Source: a candidate division WOR-3 bacterium | GTDB taxonomy: Bacteria; Hydrothermota; Tepidihabitantia; SM23-42; JAOAFX01 | Reading direction: 5' to 3' | Assembly (NCBI GenBank): GCA_037444665.1 | Contig: JBBILZ010000032.1 | Span: 1-29,951, forward strand | DNA: 29,951 nt | Shown: positions 28,196-29,951 of the stretch, piece by piece | Position numbering within the stretch: the stretch's first letter is position 1 | Layout of the letters: every line of letters begins with the position of its first letter | Made by a program: the position numbers and the translations under genes | Notes under the pieces: generated by a model | Seen by the model: the letters and a program-made list of their open reading frames with translations, nothing else | What the model was told of the DNA's origin: nothing | Databases searched by the model: none

Positions 28196-28223
28196 TTGAC
28201 ATTACAATAAATGGGTATATAAT
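28196..28223 (+). promoter_or_regulatory. Promoter of the GH106 gene, probably leaderless
   Basis: Perfect TTGACA-16-TATAAT; ATG 8 nt downstream, no SD. Confidence 0.78.
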
Positions 28224-28231
28224 CTAAATCA

Positions 28232-29951
28232 ATGGAGCAAAAAATTATTGAGACTTATAAAGATGCAAAACCCTATGTCAGATGGTGGTGGTTTTCTAAC
28301 AAGATTGAGCCCGATGTTCTAAAATATCAACTGGATTGGTGCAAAAAGAACAATTTTGGAGGGGTGGAAATTGCCTGGATCTATCCGCTTCCCAATGCTG
28401 AACCGGGTCCAGAATTTCTCTCTGAGGAGTGGAGTAGATTGGTCGTCTTTGCAAAAGAATATGCTACAAAGATTGGTCTTGGCTGTGATTTTACATTTGG
28501 CAGCGCCTGGCCATTTGGTGGTTCTTTCATTGATGAGAAATATGCCTCAAAGACATTCTATGGATTATCAAAACAGCGCCTGGAAAAATGCTGGAGGATG
28601 TCTGAGGCAAGTCCTAAATATATTTTAAACCACCTTGACCACAATGCACTGGAGCACTATGCCCAAAAAGTTGGTGCGGCGCTCGTCCCTGCCATAAACA
28701 TCGGTCCTACTGCATTGTTCTGCGATTCCTGGGAAGTGGAGACCGAGATGCTCTGGACCGATAACTTTGAAAAAATCTTCTTTGATGAGTATGGTTATGA
28801 TATAAGATTATACATCCGTGACCTTAATAAAAGGCATTCAGTTCGTTATGATTATAGAAAACTCATTGCCAAATTGCTCATAAATGAATTTTACAAACCT
28901 TTTACTGAAATCTGCCACAGGCTCGGTTGTATATCCCGTGTCCAGTGCCATGGCGCACCAACTGACCTCGGTGCTGCCAATGGTGTTGTGGATGTGCCAG
29001 AGAGCGAATCTTTATTATTTGACCCACACTTCTCCCAGATCCCTGCATCTGCAGGTGCACTGACAAATAGACCGCTCATCTCTGCCGAAACCTTTACCTG
29101 TATCTATGGCTGGCAACCGTATCCTGGTCCTGGGCCATTTCAGGAGAAGGAACAAATTGCAGATTTAAAACTCCTTGCTGATGCGATGTTTGCCAATGGT
29201 ATAAATTTTATCGTGTGGCATGGAATGCCGTATAATCCACCCAAAGGGAAGAATCGTTTCTATGCCAGTGTCCATATAGGACCAGATAGCAGTTTAGCCC
29301 GGGAACTTCCTGAGTTCAATCAATATCTTGAAAAGGTGAGCACAATGATGCGCCAGGGCAGAACCTATGCAGATATCGGTGTCTATCTTCCCTTAGAGGA
29401 TGCCTGGATTCAGAATGAACTACCTGAGGAACTCCAGAGGCCCAGTGCCCATTATCACTGGGAATTGCAGTATACAAAGTTTCCTGATGCAGTAAAAGGA
29501 TTCAGACCACTCTGGATCACAGACCATTTTCTTGATAGCGCTGAATTTAAGGATGGTATGCTACATATTGGTGAAGTAGCGTTTGATTTCTTATACATTG
29601 ATGTTGACTGGCTTGATATAAAAGCACTAAAGAACCTTATAAAACTTGCAAAGCAGGGCTGTCCAATCTGTATCAACAAAAAGCCGAGTCAGCCTGGTTT
29701 TCACAAAGACAATAAATATGATGACTTGATTCGTGAACTATTTTCCCAGAAGAGCGTGAGTGGAGTCTTACAGAAGTCGGCAAAAAAACCGCCATTGATT
29801 GAAGGGCATCTCATCCCTGAATTCTGGGCGCGCAAACTTGATGATGATTTGCTCATCTTTTTCAGCCATCCCATGACCAGGTCCATTTCCTATCCAATGC
29901 GCTATGGTCAGTCTTTCTGTGAGACGATGATGGATGTGAAGGTGGCGATCA
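28232..29951 (+). CDS. Glycoside hydrolase family 106 (alpha-L-rhamnosidase-like), partial, runs off the window
   Basis: Hand translation is open from ATG 28232 to the edge: KPYVRWWW, FGGVEI, GSAWPFGG, NHLD, FCDSWE, SAETFT, ANGIN..VWHG. Confidence 0.85.
   Translation, partial: MEQKIIETYKDAKPYVRWWWFSNKIEPDVLKYQLDWCKKNNFGGVEIAWIYPLPNAEPGPEFLSEEWSRLVVFAKEYATKIGLGCDFTFGSAWPFGGSFIDEKYASKTFYGLSKQRLEKCWRMSEASPKYILNHLDHNALEHYAQKVGAALVPAINIGPTALFCDSWEVETEMLWTDNFEKIFFDEYGYDIRLYIRDLNKRHSVRYDYRKLIAKLLINEFYKPFTEICHRLGCISRVQCHGAPTDLGAANGVVDVPESESLLFDPHFSQIPASAGALTNRPLISAETFTCIYGWQPYPGPGPFQEKEQIADLKLLADAMFANGINFIVWHGMPYNPPKGKNRFYASVHIGPDSSLARELPEFNQYLEKVSTMMRQGRTYADIGVYLPLEDAWIQNELPEELQRPSAHYHWELQYTKFPDAVKGFRPLWITDHFLDSAEFKDGMLHIGEVAFDFLYIDVDWLDIKALKNLIKLAKQGCPICINKKPSQPGFHKDNKYDDLIRELFSQKSVSGVLQKSAKKPPLIEGHLIPEFWARKLDDDLLIFFSHPMTRSISYPMRYGQSFCETMMDVKVAI

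Noticed and set aside
1963..29886. Short antisense or alternate-frame ORFs, e.g. 4060-4365, 9072-9416, 21223-21531, 27055-27405, 28356-28628, 29455-29679
   Set aside because: They overlap well-supported genes and carry no recognisable motifs; shadow ORFs

Overview
AT-rich chromosomal window from a diderm bacterium. The C-terminal sorting-domain proteins suggest an FCB-group lineage, possibly WOR-3 (inference only). Gene content in order: end of a beta-barrel gene; AAA_14/DUF4143 ATPase; pyrF broken by an in-frame TAG; a four-gene membrane operon (two PH-domain paralogs, YhfC/PrsW-like protease, DUF1648 protein); msrA; Zn alcohol dehydrogenase; a permuted tol-pal cluster (pal-cpoB-tolQ-tolR-tolA-tolB); tRNA-Lys heading a thioredoxin/CcdA-like operon; a beta-CASP RNase coupled to phoB-phoR; a decayed RelE/ParE toxin-antitoxin pair; a Pho-box-controlled porin-pstSCAB operon without phoU; a DUF523/DUF1722 gene; an orphan sorting-domain fragment; an SBBP propeller protein; and a GH106 gene missing from the ORF track that runs off the right edge. 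No CRISPR array, integrase or transposase is visible. The most unusual signals are non-genic. (1) Eleven of twelve readable sigma70-type promoters have a 16-bp spacer, and many drive apparently leaderless genes. (2) Intergenic DNA is a mosaic of small palindromic and heptamer repeat families, including a duplicated 400-470 bp modular element. Some of these repeats sit in frame inside proteins and even encode signal-peptide cores. All protein calls come from motif recognition by eye; no database search was run.
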